The notes beneath the pieces are model-generated. The model saw nothing but the letters and a program-made list of their open reading frames with translations. It was not told the DNA's origin and searched no databases. Position numbers and translations under genes: made by a program. DNA of 64,000 nt from contig QQSI01000040.1 of assembly GCA_003602645.1 (NCBI GenBank), positions 4,152 to 68,151 on the forward strand. The letters are read 5' to 3'. Numbering within the stretch: position 1 is the stretch's first letter; each line of letters starts with the position of its first letter. Of this stretch, positions 37,043 through 46,794 are shown in pieces. Origin of the DNA: Candidatus Poseidoniales archaeon. Lineage in GTDB: Archaea; Thermoplasmatota; Poseidoniia; Poseidoniales; Poseidoniaceae.

Positions 37043-38089
37043 ATGCACCCCCTCGTCGAATGCGTACCTAATATTTCAGAAGGCAGAGATGCTGAGAAAA
37101 TCCAACGGATCGTGGCCGCCGCATCCACATTCGATGGGTGCTCAGTTTTGGGTGTCGAACCTGATGCTGATTACAACCGAACTGTAATCACAATCGCAGG
37201 GTCGCCTGAATCGGTTGCTTCGGCAGCCTTCGCCCTTGTTTCCATGGCCATTGCGGAAATTGATATGCGTTCCCATAGCGGAGAACACCCAAGGCTAGGT
37301 GCCGTCGATGTTTGTCCGTTTGTCCCACTGGCAGACACCACAATGGATCAATGTGCCGAACTTGCAAGATCGCTTGCCAAGCGGGTAGCGGAGGAATTGG
37401 ATGTTCCAACTTTCTTGTACGGTGCAGCGGCCACACATCCTGCAAAATCCCTCCTATCCTCGATTCGCAAAGGTGAATATGAGGGGCTGGAAAATCGCCT
37501 TACAAATGGAAACTCTCCGCATGATGAGCACACCAGATACCCAGATTTTGGTCCAAGAGATTGGTCCGAGGGTGTAGCGCGATCTGGGGGTTTGACGTTT
37601 GGGGCACGAGAAATTCTCGTAGCCTACAATGTTAATTTGAACGAGTCTGACGCGAAAGTAGCTCGTTTGGTTGGGTCATTAGTGCGATCATCCGGCCGTT
37701 TGGTCAAGAAAGACGATGGACGAAGAATGAGGATCCCTGGTTCGTTGCCGATGGTTCAAGGCATGGGTGTCCCTCTGGAATCCCACGGTATTAGTCAAGT
37801 TTCTATGAACCTCAGGGATGTCAATCAGTGCCCAATGCATGTGGCCTTTGAGGCTTGCAAATCAATCGCGATGGACCATGGCGTGGAGGTACCTGGAAGC
37901 GAGGTTGTTGGTCTAGTTCCACTTTCTGCAATTTTGACCGCAGGCCAATGGTATGCCAAGGATGGGGAAACCAATGAATCTGCACTGGTGGACGCGGCCA
38001 TTCGAGGTCTAGGATTGGACAATTTGAATGCGTTTGACCCGAAAGAACGGATTATTGAATATGCACTCAAGGAAGGTGAAATCGAGTGA
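37043..38089 (+). CDS. ftcD: Glutamate formimidoyltransferase (FtcD N-terminal formiminotransferase domain as separate gene)
   Basis: LVECVPNISEGRD hallmark of FTCD_N; full N- and C-subdomains (~350 aa); ATG at 37043 (track start is TTG). Confidence 0.85.
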   Translation: MHPLVECVPNISEGRDAEKIQRIVAAASTFDGCSVLGVEPDADYNRTVITIAGSPESVASAAFALVSMAIAEIDMRSHSGEHPRLGAVDVCPFVPLADTTMDQCAELARSLAKRVAEELDVPTFLYGAAATHPAKSLLSSIRKGEYEGLENRLTNGNSPHDEHTRYPDFGPRDWSEGVARSGGLTFGAREILVAYNVNLNESDAKVARLVGSLVRSSGRLVKKDDGRRMRIPGSLPMVQGMGVPLESHGISQVSMNLRDVNQCPMHVAFEACKSIAMDHGVEVPGSEVVGLVPLSAILTAGQWYAKDGETNESALVDAAIRGLGLDNLNAFDPKERIIEYALKEGEIE

Positions 38090-38715
38090 ATTGGATGGAT
38101 CTCACTCTAGAAGAGTTCCAGAACCATCTGGCGTCAGACGATCCAACTCCGGGGGGTGGCACCGCAGCAGCAATTGCCTTGGGTCAAGCGGCAGCACTCA
38201 CCGAAATGGTTGCTGGCCTAACATTGGGTAGAGAAAAATGGCAATCTGGGTGGGTTGCTGCTGAAACTGCTCGTGCGGTAGCACGACGGGTCATGGTGCG
38301 TTCAGGTGAACTCGCCAAAGAAGACAGTCAGGCCTTCGACTCTGTGGTTGCCGGATTTAAAATGCCAAAATCAACGGAGGAAGAAAAGGATGCTCGTCGG
38401 CAATCCATTCGGCTTGCGACCTTGCATGCTGCCGAGGTACCATTAGCGACATCCCAGCATGGAATGGAATTGCTGAATGTCCTTTCAAGTTTAGCAACCC
38501 ATGGCAATGCAAATGCTGCTTCTGACGTAGGAGTGGCCTCCCTTCTTGCCAGTGCGGCAGTCAAGGGTGCACTTTTCAACGTGGACATCAATGTAGCAGC
38601 ACTTCCGGTTGATATGGCCCAGCATGTCATCGAACAGTGCGCTGGGATGCGTGAAGAATGCAGCAGAATCTCACGCCTCGTCATGCATGCGGTTCATGAG
38701 AGGATTAATTCTTGA
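38086..38715 (+). CDS. Formiminotetrahydrofolate cyclodeaminase (FtcD C-terminal domain as separate gene)
   Basis: LTLEEFQNHLASDDPTPGGGTAAAIALGQAAALTEMVAGLT matches the cyclodeaminase family; GTG 38086 overlaps upstream stop (GTGA), alternative ATG 38095. Confidence 0.8.
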   Translation: MNWMDLTLEEFQNHLASDDPTPGGGTAAAIALGQAAALTEMVAGLTLGREKWQSGWVAAETARAVARRVMVRSGELAKEDSQAFDSVVAGFKMPKSTEEEKDARRQSIRLATLHAAEVPLATSQHGMELLNVLSSLATHGNANAASDVGVASLLASAAVKGALFNVDINVAALPVDMAQHVIEQCAGMREECSRISRLVMHAVHERINS

Positions 38716-40992
38716 TCAACGGACTTGTGACCCTGTTGATATGTCGCCATCTATGGTGATGAGGCGAACGTTGTCCTCCCCATCATCTGCCGCCAACATC
38801 ATGCCTTCCGAAACAACACCGCGAAGTGGGCGTGGTTTTAGATTCGCAACAAAAACAATCGATTTCCCTTGCATTTCTTCTGAGGAATAATATGCTTTGA
38901 GTCCAGCGCAAATGGTCCTACCACTCTCTGTACCATCATCAATAGACACAACATACAGCCGATCGGCGTTTGGATGGTCCTCAACCTTGGTAATTTTACC
39001 TACTCTAAGATCGACTTCCATGAATGTTTCAAAATTCAAATAGGTTATTCCTTCTGGTGCTTCTGGCATATTTTGTTCCTCCTTGGTCTTGCTTTTTGCT
39101 TTCTTCCCACCTTTGATGGCGAGTGTGGCGGGTGTTGAGGATGTGTCTTTTTCCACTAAAGCCTGTTCGGATTCGAGAATTTCATCGAGGTCCAATCGCT
39201 TGAACAAAGGAACCGCTTCATTTGAGTTCCAAGTCATCGGAGCGTCCCAATCTAGAGCTTCACTCCAATCAGCCTCGGAAACTTCTCCGCTTTGTCCGAG
39301 AGCTTCCCAAAGGCGTTGGGCGCTAAAGGGCATGAATGGCTGTGTTGTGATGGCTAGGTAGCGAGCAATACGCCAACCAAACGCGAGGTCTGACAATGAG
39401 CGTGATCGATTTTCAGAAGGAGTATCATCCTTGAGGAACTTCCATGGCGTTGCTGCCTGAAGCATTTGGTTTCCATATTGAGCTGCATTCATGACAAAAC
39501 GAAGTGCCTCTTTGTAACGGTGTTTTTCCAGTGAGGCTGTAATGGAGGCGTGTAAACTTTCCAACTTCTCTTGGTGAGGTCTTGTGTAATCCACATTCTC
39601 ACATGGTGCGAGCGGGCCGTTCTTGCTGGTCGGCAATCGATGACCGAGGGTAAGGACGCGATGGACAAAATTACCGTAGGCTGCTATCAATTCGCTGTTA
39701 ATTTTTTCAACAAAATCAGGCCAGTTGAAATCCGTATCGTGGTTTTCAGGCATGTTGATGCTGAGGTAGTACCTCAGGGTATCAGGGTCGAAGCGTTCTA
39801 AAAATGATGGTAACCACACAGCATGTTTCCGTGATTTGGAAAATTGCCCTCCTGCTAACATGAGGTATTCCATTGCAGGGACGTTCGTTTCTAAAGCCAT
39901 TTCACCCGGTCCAGGCAATTCGATTGGATCGTCAATGGTTAATCCCTTACTGGCTTGATTGAGACCTAAAATTAGGGCTGGCCAAATGACTGTATGAAAC
40001 GGTATGTTGTCCTTACCGAGGAAATACAAATGACGTGGCTTCGTTCCATCTTCTGCTACCTGCCACCATTGCTTCCATGCATCTTTACCATCAGGGTGAG
40101 AGGCACCAGCCGCCACCGTTTCTGCCCAAATCCGAGCGCAGGTGGAATACCCTTGCACAGCTTCAAACCAAACATAGACGCATTTTCCATCCCATTGTTT
40201 CTCATCGAGTGGAAGAGGTATGCCCCAAGAGAGATCTCGTGTCACAGCCCTCGGCCTTAGACCCATATCCAGCCATTGTTTTGTCATGGCCTTGACGTTG
40301 GATTTCCATACTTTTTGTTGTTCGCTCGCATGATGTTCGAGAGCCGTTTGAAAGGCATCCAAACGGTAGAAAAGATGTTCTGTATCGCGAACCTCAATTT
40401 TTGCTTCAGGGTTCATTTTCGATATTGGTTGTAGCAATTCCTCTGCCTCATACGTCGCCCCGCAAGCATCACATTGGTCGCCACGGGCACCATCTGAACC
40501 ACAAGAGGGGCAAACCCCCTCAACATATCGGTCTGGAAGGAAGCGCCCACTCCCGTCCGCGTTCGTTTCATAATATTGCTTCATTGTCTTCTGTTCAAAG
40601 AAACCTGCTTCAAGCAAGGATGTGAAATTATCTTGCACCATAGTTTTGTGACGCTCATCGGTTGTCCGATTAAACAAGGAACCCCCGTATTCGACACCCC
40701 GTGGATCAATTCGTGGCTCCCATGAGCATCCCAAGTCAAGCAATGCTTGGGTGTTCAGTGCGTGATATTGATCCACAATATCTTGGGGTGAAACACCATT
40801 CTGCTCAGCTGAGACCGTGATCGGTGTGCCGTGTTCATCAGAGCCAGAAACCATGAGGACTCTATTGCCTCGGGCGCGTTCAAATCGGGCTTGTATATCG
40901 GGAGGGAGGTAGCACCCTGCAACATGGCCGAGATGGAGGGGGCCGTTAGCGTATGGCCAAGCGACACAAATCAACACATAGTCGTCGGTCAT
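38716..40992 (-). CDS. metG: Methionyl-tRNA synthetase with C-terminal tRNA-binding (EMAP/Trbp111-like) domain
   Basis: PYANGPLHLGHVAG (HIGH), zinc knuckles CPSCG...CDACG, KFSKSR-type KMSKS variant, C-terminal OB-fold region ITKVEDHPNADRLYV. Confidence 0.9.
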   Translation of the reverse strand: MTDDYVLICVAWPYANGPLHLGHVAGCYLPPDIQARFERARGNRVLMVSGSDEHGTPITVSAEQNGVSPQDIVDQYHALNTQALLDLGCSWEPRIDPRGVEYGGSLFNRTTDERHKTMVQDNFTSLLEAGFFEQKTMKQYYETNADGSGRFLPDRYVEGVCPSCGSDGARGDQCDACGATYEAEELLQPISKMNPEAKIEVRDTEHLFYRLDAFQTALEHHASEQQKVWKSNVKAMTKQWLDMGLRPRAVTRDLSWGIPLPLDEKQWDGKCVYVWFEAVQGYSTCARIWAETVAAGASHPDGKDAWKQWWQVAEDGTKPRHLYFLGKDNIPFHTVIWPALILGLNQASKGLTIDDPIELPGPGEMALETNVPAMEYLMLAGGQFSKSRKHAVWLPSFLERFDPDTLRYYLSINMPENHDTDFNWPDFVEKINSELIAAYGNFVHRVLTLGHRLPTSKNGPLAPCENVDYTRPHQEKLESLHASITASLEKHRYKEALRFVMNAAQYGNQMLQAATPWKFLKDDTPSENRSRSLSDLAFGWRIARYLAITTQPFMPFSAQRLWEALGQSGEVSEADWSEALDWDAPMTWNSNEAVPLFKRLDLDEILESEQALVEKDTSSTPATLAIKGGKKAKSKTKEEQNMPEAPEGITYLNFETFMEVDLRVGKITKVEDHPNADRLYVVSIDDGTESGRTICAGLKAYYSSEEMQGKSIVFVANLKPRPLRGVVSEGMMLAADDGEDNVRLITIDGDISTGSQVR

Positions 40993-41176
40993 ACTGCTTG
41001 TACGGGCGTAGGACTACGACTTAAACTCATCATTCGCACGATATCCAAAAATGACCGATGGGCATACTGAGGCTATCGCCGACCGCATTTTTCATGTTCC
41101 AACCTAGCGTCATTTTGAAGAACCCACCGGTCTTGGATGAGTTTACACCCGAAAGGTCAGGGGCTCTCGAAAATCC

Positions 41177-42265
41177 ATGGATTACTCAGCAATGGCAGCG
41201 GTCGTAAACGCATCTAACAGCACTGGTGATGGGGATATCACCCTCCTTCTCTTCTATGTTTCACTCGCCTTGGGCGTGTCATTTCTCTGTTCAATATTGG
41301 AAGCTGTTGTTCTATCGATCCCACACACCCAAATTGCGATGTGGGAAAAGGATGGACGCTCGGAGGGCTCTGTTTGGTCATCTCTAAAATCGGATGATGC
41401 CGTTAAACCACTCACAGCAATTCTCACCCTCAACACCATCGCCCACACGATGGGTGCTGCAGGTGTTGGTTCTGAAGTTGCCAAAATTTGGGGCAGTGAA
41501 GTCCTCACCGGCGCCTCAATCGTTCTCACATTACTCGTTTTGTTCCTCTCAGAAATCATACCCAAGACTTTGGGGACTGCCTATTGGAGGCAACTTGCAC
41601 GGCCAACGGGTTGGATTTTGAAGAACCTCACATTCCTACTCAGTTTCCTTATCGTTCCGATTCAAATGCTCAAATCAGTATTGCCAAAGGGCGATTACAC
41701 TCTTGTCACACGTGACGATGTAGCTGCACTTGCGGACTTAGGAGAAGAAGAGGGCATCATTGAGAAAGATGAAGAAACCGTCATTCATAATTTATTGAAA
41801 TTGCGAGAAATGCATGTGGGAGAAATTATGACACCGCGTGTGGTTATGACCGCGTTTGAAACAACCCAGACCATCAAATCTGTTCTCGATGAACATAAAA
41901 TCATTCGAGTCTCAAGAATCCCTGTCTTTGATGAAACCGTCGATGATATTTCGGGAATTGTGATCCGTTCTGAGTTGCTCATGGCAGCAAGCCGGGATGA
42001 GTGGGATGTCACGATGGCTGATCTACGAAAAGATGTGATGTTCCTTGATGCCAAATCCTCTGTCGATCATGCATTAGAGATGTTTTTGTCCCAGCGACAA
42101 CAATTCGCAGTTGTTCGCGATGAATTTGGCGGCACAGCGGGTCTTGTCACCATGGAAGACGTTTTAGAAACTCTGTTGGGTGAAGAGATTGTTGATGAAT
42201 TGGATGAAGTCGACGACATGCGCGAACTAGCTCGTGTACAAGCAGATTCACAAGAGCAAGAATGA
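41177..42265 (+). CDS. CNNM/CorC-family transporter (DUF21 membrane domain + CBS pair)
   Basis: 4 TM N-terminal DUF21 region followed by tandem CBS domains (IMTPRVVMTAF...IPVFDE... and FAVVRDEFGGTAGLVTMEDVLETLLGEEI). Confidence 0.85.
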   Translation: MDYSAMAAVVNASNSTGDGDITLLLFYVSLALGVSFLCSILEAVVLSIPHTQIAMWEKDGRSEGSVWSSLKSDDAVKPLTAILTLNTIAHTMGAAGVGSEVAKIWGSEVLTGASIVLTLLVLFLSEIIPKTLGTAYWRQLARPTGWILKNLTFLLSFLIVPIQMLKSVLPKGDYTLVTRDDVAALADLGEEEGIIEKDEETVIHNLLKLREMHVGEIMTPRVVMTAFETTQTIKSVLDEHKIIRVSRIPVFDETVDDISGIVIRSELLMAASRDEWDVTMADLRKDVMFLDAKSSVDHALEMFLSQRQQFAVVRDEFGGTAGLVTMEDVLETLLGEEIVDELDEVDDMRELARVQADSQEQE

Positions 42266-43249
42266 TTACACCGTCTTGCTCAACCATTCCTCAATCAGTT
42301 GATTCCTCTCTGGATGTATTTTTGCACCTGTATGAGTGAGCCCCTTTAACCGATGCGCGGTGAGTAAGTCTGATTCTCCCCGCTGTTTGTAAGTCAAAAC
42401 CAAGCGGTTGAAATGCTCCATGCCAAGGCGTTGATCTGGATCTGCTTGAATGCAAAGAACTGGAATTGACGGTCCACCCCACAGGGGCAGATCAAATTCA
42501 TCCATAGACCGGAACTCGGACCTTGGCGTAATTGAGGCATTAAACCGTTGAATAAGCCGTCGTTGATACGGGTATTTCAAGAGAGAAGGGATGCGTAAAC
42601 GAATGGAAATCTCCTCTAAAATAGGGCTGTACATCGTCATTGGGGATTCTAAAATGAGAGCGGTAAAAGGCTGGGAGCCAATGCGTAATCCAGGTTGGTT
42701 GAGCAGTCTTAAGCCGATGAAACCGCCCATACTGTGGCCATAGTACATTGAATATTGAATCATATCATGTCGGGCAAGTTGCTCGATGTTTCGGCAAACA
42801 TGCTCGACGGCCTGCATGGATTTGTATGCGGACCATACGGGGTGGGTATCCGATGAACCGTGGCTTGGTAATTCAATCATAAGAACGTGCCAACCACGAT
42901 TCGCAAACCATATTCCACGATCGCTCACAGATGCTGATGAAGCCCTCCATCCATGGACCAAAACGAGCAAAGGTGCAGGTGTTTCCTTCCAATGTGAGAT
43001 TGTATGGACCATTCGAGACTCAAATGTAAATCCGTTTTGTTGCCACCCGTCTGCCACGAATGACGGTTTTGCGCGTCCCGGTGTCAAGAAACTAAGCGAA
43101 ACAAATGAATCAATCACTGCATTGTAAGCAAAAAATATCCCCAAAGGAATGAGAATTGGGTAAGGGGCATTGTAAAAAAAACCTGTAAACCCTGTAGAGA
43201 TCAACAGAAGAAACCATATCAATGGCTTCGCTATTAGAAGGGGTGCCAT
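42266..43249 (-). CDS. Alpha/beta-hydrolase fold protein with N-terminal TM helices
   Basis: GHSMGG nucleophile elbow (GxSxG), LVLVHGW oxyanion region; hydrophobic N-terminus; ATG at 43249. Confidence 0.7.
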   Translation of the reverse strand: MAPLLIAKPLIWFLLLISTGFTGFFYNAPYPILIPLGIFFAYNAVIDSFVSLSFLTPGRAKPSFVADGWQQNGFTFESRMVHTISHWKETPAPLLVLVHGWRASSASVSDRGIWFANRGWHVLMIELPSHGSSDTHPVWSAYKSMQAVEHVCRNIEQLARHDMIQYSMYYGHSMGGFIGLRLLNQPGLRIGSQPFTALILESPMTMYSPILEEISIRLRIPSLLKYPYQRRLIQRFNASITPRSEFRSMDEFDLPLWGGPSIPVLCIQADPDQRLGMEHFNRLVLTYKQRGESDLLTAHRLKGLTHTGAKIHPERNQLIEEWLSKTV

Positions 43250-43269
43250 ATGAATCAATGTTCAAAAGG

Positions 43270-44175
43270 TCACTGAGGTGAGGCTTCTTTGGAAGCCTCC
43301 TCTTTCTTATCGTCTTTCCCTGTGGTGGTTTCTTTGGTGGCATCCTTAGGTGAATCCTCTTGTGCGAGGGCTGCTTCCTTCTTTTCAGCACGCCTCTTAG
43401 CAGCTTTTTCTTGGCGCTTTTGGAAGGAGTCACCGAAGTTTGCCATGCTTTCAAGCCGTAGGGCGATGCCAGAGAGTTCCTCATCCTCTGCACGGACATA
43501 TTTGACAAGGTAGGCGCCAAACAACATGTCGTAGAGGCCTTGATTTTGGTCGCTGTTTTTCTTGAATCTGCCATCAATAATGCGGATTGAGAACAAGATG
43601 ATACCCAGGACAAGCAATCCGATGGCAACTGGGTTGGCTTTACCTGCCGTGTCGAAGAGGTTACCCATGTTGATAATGACCAATGATAATCCTACAAGCG
43701 CCATCAGTCCTACCGAATTGACAAGGAATCCATGCAATGGGTTAGGTTTGGCATCTGCTGATGTGATGTAGCGCGTTCTTGACATGAAATTTCCAAGTGT
43801 TCGACCGGTCATAATCGGGATAACAAATACATTTGTGATGATCATCAGGAGTGCTCCAATAGCGGGTATGGTAGGGGTCGAGCCCATGACTGAGAGGAAA
43901 ATGGCTCCAAAGAGGACACCGAAATTCCAGATGAAATTCATCAACCAGGCTAAAAATCTAGAGTTTTGTGTGGCAATTTCATACCCTTCAGGGAGTCCAG
44001 CAGTGCTTAATTTGGGTTTCTTAACACGTGGTGCACGAGGGGTTTTTTCAGCCTTTGCGGCCTTGACAGGTTTTGCGACAGCAGTGGCTTTTTTGGGTAT
44101 AGCTTTGGCCACTGCCTTTTTGGGCGCTTCCTTTGTTTCACTGCCTGCTGTGTTTGCCTTGTCTAGTAGTCCCAT
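43270..44175 (-). CDS. RDD-family membrane protein with Lys/Ala-rich N-terminal tail
   Basis: 3 TM segments, GRTLGNFMSRTRYI motif typical of RDD family, K/A/P-rich N-terminus; ATG 6 nt after upstream stop. Confidence 0.6.
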   Translation of the reverse strand: MGLLDKANTAGSETKEAPKKAVAKAIPKKATAVAKPVKAAKAEKTPRAPRVKKPKLSTAGLPEGYEIATQNSRFLAWLMNFIWNFGVLFGAIFLSVMGSTPTIPAIGALLMIITNVFVIPIMTGRTLGNFMSRTRYITSADAKPNPLHGFLVNSVGLMALVGLSLVIINMGNLFDTAGKANPVAIGLLVLGIILFSIRIIDGRFKKNSDQNQGLYDMLFGAYLVKYVRAEDEELSGIALRLESMANFGDSFQKRQEKAAKRRAEKKEAALAQEDSPKDATKETTTGKDDKKEEASKEASPQ

Positions 44176-44180
44176 TGTGG

Positions 44181-45173
44181 TCACTCACCCTTGTACTGTG
44201 CGCCAATTGCGCTGTAAATTTGGAAGTTCTCAGAAGCAACAAAGGCATCGATGTCGGCTTCGGCCATGTTGCCAAGTTGGCCGTCAACGATGGTAAAGAA
44301 GGCCGTCCTCATTTCGTCACTGGAGTTTTGAGGATCACTTCCGACGGCTTCGTAGATTGCAAAATCTTCACTGCCCACGAACGTGGTGACGACCTCTTCC
44401 GGCAAATTTGATCCAAGGAGATCATCCACGATTGCGACAAAAGTGACAAACATGTCATCAGTTTGCTCTGTTTCGTTGGATATTGGTTGTGCAGTGGTCA
44501 CGTCAGCGGTGTCCCCAGCAATCATGGCTTGAAGTGATTTACGTTCGGCCATTAATGATTCCAAAACTGGACGAAGTTCTGCAAGAACTTGAGCGTCCCC
44601 GGCAACCTTTGCTGCTTGATATTCAGGTTTCAATGAACGCAATTCATCTTCAATCATGGTTAACTGACTTTGGAGTTCATTTTCAGCAGTCTCTGATTCA
44701 AGGAGTTCGACGACTGGAGCATCTCGAACCTCTGATATTTTCCCTTCATGTTCTTGCTTGCGTAAAACGATGATGTCCCTGTCGAGTGCATGACCAAATC
44801 GGTCGGCATATCGGTCCAATAGTGAACCAGCGTCCGCAGAGGAAATTCGATCAATGTGCCCATAAATTTGTGGGAGTGGTTTATCCGATCGCTTGGCCCA
44901 CAGGTCGCCATATTTGTCAGACACTGGAGTTTTAGGTGTTGCAGCGAGACTGTCATTGTTCCAAACTGAAGCCTCTGCAGGCACTGGAAGGGGTGCGTCT
45001 GGAAGCGGAAGGCTTGGTTCAGCAGCCGGTGCGGGTGGCAATGGAAGGGGGGGGTTGTCCGGAGAGGCGCCTGGCGGTGCTGGCAGAGGTGGCATACCGG
45101 GCAATGGCGGCAATGGTAGACCTGGTGTTGGTGCGGCTGGAGCCTTGTTTTTCTTGCCTTTCCTCAGACCCAT
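44181..45173 (-). CDS. Hypothetical protein. Pro-rich N-terminus, central coiled coil and two C-terminal ~40-aa repeats
   Basis: PLPPLPGMPPLPAPP... region; heptad-like LQSQLTMIEDELRSLKPEY; repeats MFVTFVAIVDDLLGSNLPEEVVTTFVGSEDFAIYEAVG / MRTAFFTIVDGQLGNMAEADIDAFVASENFQIYSAIG. Confidence 0.5.
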   Translation of the reverse strand: MGLRKGKKNKAPAAPTPGLPLPPLPGMPPLPAPPGASPDNPPLPLPPAPAAEPSLPLPDAPLPVPAEASVWNNDSLAATPKTPVSDKYGDLWAKRSDKPLPQIYGHIDRISSADAGSLLDRYADRFGHALDRDIIVLRKQEHEGKISEVRDAPVVELLESETAENELQSQLTMIEDELRSLKPEYQAAKVAGDAQVLAELRPVLESLMAERKSLQAMIAGDTADVTTAQPISNETEQTDDMFVTFVAIVDDLLGSNLPEEVVTTFVGSEDFAIYEAVGSDPQNSSDEMRTAFFTIVDGQLGNMAEADIDAFVASENFQIYSAIGAQYKGE

Positions 45174-45269
45174 GTGGTTCACCCCTAAACCTGTGGATGG
45201 TAGCGCGGTCTTGAACCTTACCTCAAGAAGTGGTGACGAAAAGCGTAGTTGTCAAACGAATTATTTTCG

Positions 45270-46472
45270 CTATGCGATGACTTTTGCCCAGCCTTTTAAC
45301 ACCAAAAATGTGGCGCCAGCTTCGTGAATTTCAAATTGGTCCCCAGCGGCTTTGGCATACATTGTATCGCCAAATTGTGCGATTGAATCATCCACCGTCA
45401 TTTCCACTGTTAGCTTGTCTTGAGTACTGAGTGCAAGTGCCTCGTGTAGAGGGGAATAAGGGTTTGAACCATCAGGATCCAACCTTGACAGTGGGAATTC
45501 ACACACCTTCATGCCCGACTTGCCATGAAGGGATGTAGGCCATCGAATTTGGCGTCGAACGTCGATGGTAACAACTTCATCTGTTTCTCCTGCAGAACCT
45601 AAGACCACAGAAGTATCGGTTTTAAGCAAATCGAGAAAGAGGGCTTGATGTTTGTCGAGGACTCCAAAATTTCCATCCCTCAGACGAGAAGCACGGTCAG
45701 GATGATTGACAATAGATGCGAGCTGCTCGATGGATGTAGGGCCCTTTGTTGATTTTCGACCTTCGCGTTGAGATTGTGACTTTAACCCTTCATGAAGTGT
45801 TTTTATCACCTTTTTATGGCCCTCTTCTTTTTCTGCAATGCCTTGCAGTTTTTCGATCATGCCACCCATTCCGTCGCGGATCCTGCGCGTCCACCCCTCG
45901 CTTGAAAGATCATGATATCGAGCAAGTCCTCCTTTGACATCAACACCTTCACCTCTGATGTAAGACACCATTTCTCTACGAGCTTCAGAATCGAGGTGAA
46001 AGAGGGATGGGTCCCGATAGTGCAGGTGGAACCCTCTGTGACCAGAAAAGGTTACTTGCAAATATTTTTCTTGAAATCCAAATTCTGGTTCGAGAAAATC
46101 ATTCCATAACGACCATGCTTGTTCGTGGATCACCTCAAGCATACCCGGGAAATCCTTGTCGGTCACCCCTGGCAAGTGATCTCCATCTAAGTCGAAAATT
46201 AAGTCTGCGCCCAACCAATTTTTATCGGCCATTTTCATTTCAAATGGTCGCTCCCAATATGCGGTCGAATAGAAACAGGAATGCATGGCTCGGTCTGTCA
46301 AGAATTGACGAACACCTTGCATATCACTGAATCCCTTGTGGCGAATTGGAGGGGCTCCCCCGAATGGAATGAACATCCATTCCCTGGTTTTCAAGCGAGG
46401 AGGCGTCCAAAATTCTGAGCTCCGATAATACGCACCAAAACGATGTGCGAACCTTGCCCAACCAGTTGCCAA
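45270..46472 (-). CDS. priS: DNA primase small (catalytic) subunit PriS
   Basis: REWMFIPFGGAPPIRHKGF and ADLIFDLDGDH (DxD catalytic motif) match archaeo-eukaryotic primase small subunit; apparent TTG start. Confidence 0.8.
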   Translation of the reverse strand: MATGWARFAHRFGAYYRSSEFWTPPRLKTREWMFIPFGGAPPIRHKGFSDMQGVRQFLTDRAMHSCFYSTAYWERPFEMKMADKNWLGADLIFDLDGDHLPGVTDKDFPGMLEVIHEQAWSLWNDFLEPEFGFQEKYLQVTFSGHRGFHLHYRDPSLFHLDSEARREMVSYIRGEGVDVKGGLARYHDLSSEGWTRRIRDGMGGMIEKLQGIAEKEEGHKKVIKTLHEGLKSQSQREGRKSTKGPTSIEQLASIVNHPDRASRLRDGNFGVLDKHQALFLDLLKTDTSVVLGSAGETDEVVTIDVRRQIRWPTSLHGKSGMKVCEFPLSRLDPDGSNPYSPLHEALALSTQDKLTVEMTVDDSIAQFGDTMYAKAAGDQFEIHEAGATFLVLKGWAKVIA

Positions 46473-46525
46473 TAAAGTCCCTCCAGTTCCCTGAAAGGAC
46501 GAAGGTTCTTGAACACTGAGGGCGG

Positions 46526-46735
46526 TTATTCGTTGGTCATCCAGAAGCGTTCTTCTGCTTCACCGACCGCGGTCGCGGTGTCAGCACCGGTTGTTTCGAC
46601 GTAGTGCTCCCAACACATGTAGAACTTACCAACGGCCATAGCGTTGCCAAAAGTGAGGCGAATGCCGCAGGACTCGCAACGAGGGCCAATTTCACCGTTT
46701 GGTGCTTGGGCGAGAGTGATGTGTTCGTGTGGCAT
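46526..46735 (-). CDS. Hypothetical small Cys/His-containing protein
   Basis: 69 aa from ATG: MPHEHITLAQAPNGEIGPRCESCGIRL...YMCWEHY; possible zinc-binding; weak support. Confidence 0.25.
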   Translation of the reverse strand: MPHEHITLAQAPNGEIGPRCESCGIRLTFGNAMAVGKFYMCWEHYVETTGADTATAVGEAEERFWMTNE

Positions 46736-46794
46736 TGCTGTCCCCTTGTTATGGCTGTGGGCGCTCAAGTCTTTGAACTTGAGCCTTGTTGGGA

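Noticed and set aside
40993-41176. 184-nt divergent intergenic region between metG and the CNNM gene, considered as a possible C/D-box sRNA locus
   Set aside because: No convincing C (RUGAUGA) / D (CUGA) box pair at proper spacing; most simply explained as two divergent promoters.
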